DNA of 45,359 nucleotides from an uncultured Selenomonadaceae bacterium (GTDB lineage Bacteria; Bacillota; Negativicutes; Selenomonadales; Selenomonadaceae): NCBI GenBank assembly GCA_905234045.1, contig CAJOGS010000002.1, positions 1 to 45,359 of the forward strand, read 5' to 3'. Shown piece by piece: positions 45,027 to 45,359 of this stretch (position 1 is its first letter; each line of letters starts with the position of its first letter). The notes under the pieces were generated by a model. It saw only the letters and a program-made list of their open reading frames with translations, ran no database searches and was not told where the DNA came from. The position numbers and the translations under genes were made by a program.

Positions 45027-45359
45027 AAAAGTGGTGTAGCGGGAGAGGTAAAACAGCCCCGTAAACGCGTTTAAAGGGGTCTAGAAGGGGTCGAAAGGGC
45101 TTTAGGGTAGGAAGATACCCAAAAGAGTCCGAGAGTGGGCAAAAAACGGCTTACAGGCGATTCTGGGCAGTTTGAAATAAGTTCCGGCGCAGATCGTGGG
45201 GTGGAAACCCGAAAACCGCAGTGTCAGTGAAAAGTGGTGTAGTGGGAGTGATAAAACAGCCCCGTAAACGCGTTTAAAGGGGTCTAGAAGGGGTCGAAAG
45301 GACTTTAGGGTAGAAAGATACCCAAAAGAGTCCGAGAGTGGGCAAAAAACGGCTTACAG
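45027..45359. repeat. Two copies of a ~130-bp direct repeat with a 203-bp period; the second copy is cut by the window end
   Basis: 45027-45156 and 45230-45359 are near-identical (AAAAGTGGTGTAG.GGGAG.G.TAAAACAGCCCCGTAAACGCGTTTAAAGGGGTCTAGAAGGGGTCGAAAGG.CTTTAGGGTAG.AAGATACCCAAAAGAGTCCGAGAGTGGGCAAAAAACGGCTTACAG). The region is non-coding and more GC-rich than its surroundings. Confidence 0.9.

Noticed and set aside
1-45359. Mobile-element boundaries (IS elements, integrase, att sites), tRNA/rRNA genes and prophage structural genes beyond the contractile locus
   Set aside because: No transposase, integrase or recombinase-like ORF was seen, no terminal inverted repeats flank any block, and there are no cloverleaf-like or rRNA-like segments. 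There are no capsid, portal, terminase or tail-fibre genes, which argues against a prophage or tailocin interpretation of the sheath/tube genes.

Overview
AT-rich window from a diderm bacterium (TolC/RND efflux genes are present). I saw no rRNA, tRNA, CRISPR array, transposase or integrase. The right end carries a Rep_3-type replication initiator with 15-bp iterons, hairpin-rich AT-rich DNA and two families of long direct repeats, so the window most likely lies on a plasmid or chromid. There are five blocks. (1) 1-11.1 kb is an NRPS-like cluster: three stand-alone A-T-C modules (one cut by the window edge), a MATE-type exporter fused to a SpoIIAB-like ATPase domain, a STAS/APH-like kinase fusion and an unknown enzyme. 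(2) 11.2-16.0 kb is a hybrid histidine kinase co-transcribed with two membrane-anchored BMP/PnrA-family binding proteins. (3) 16.2-35.3 kb is the most interesting part. A tightly packed 15-gene minus-strand operon and a convergent 3-gene plus-strand operon encode a T6SS-like contractile apparatus: a fused TssB-TssC-like sheath, three Hcp-like tube paralogues, a VgrG-like spike, and YD-repeat, Sel1 and pentapeptide-repeat proteins. The usual TssJLM membrane complex, ClpV, TssE, TssA and PAAR are not recognisable. In the middle of the operon sit a J-domain protein, two FHA proteins, two apparently catalytically degenerate PP2C-like membrane proteins and a large Hsp70-like ATPase. (4) 35.5-41.3 kb is a TolC-MFP-RND efflux operon whose RND permease is split by a frameshift in a T run. 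(5) 41.4-45.4 kb is the replicon maintenance region. All domain calls are by-eye motif recognition on the supplied translations, not database searches. Where a start differs from the ORF track it was re-chosen from SD/ATG context.
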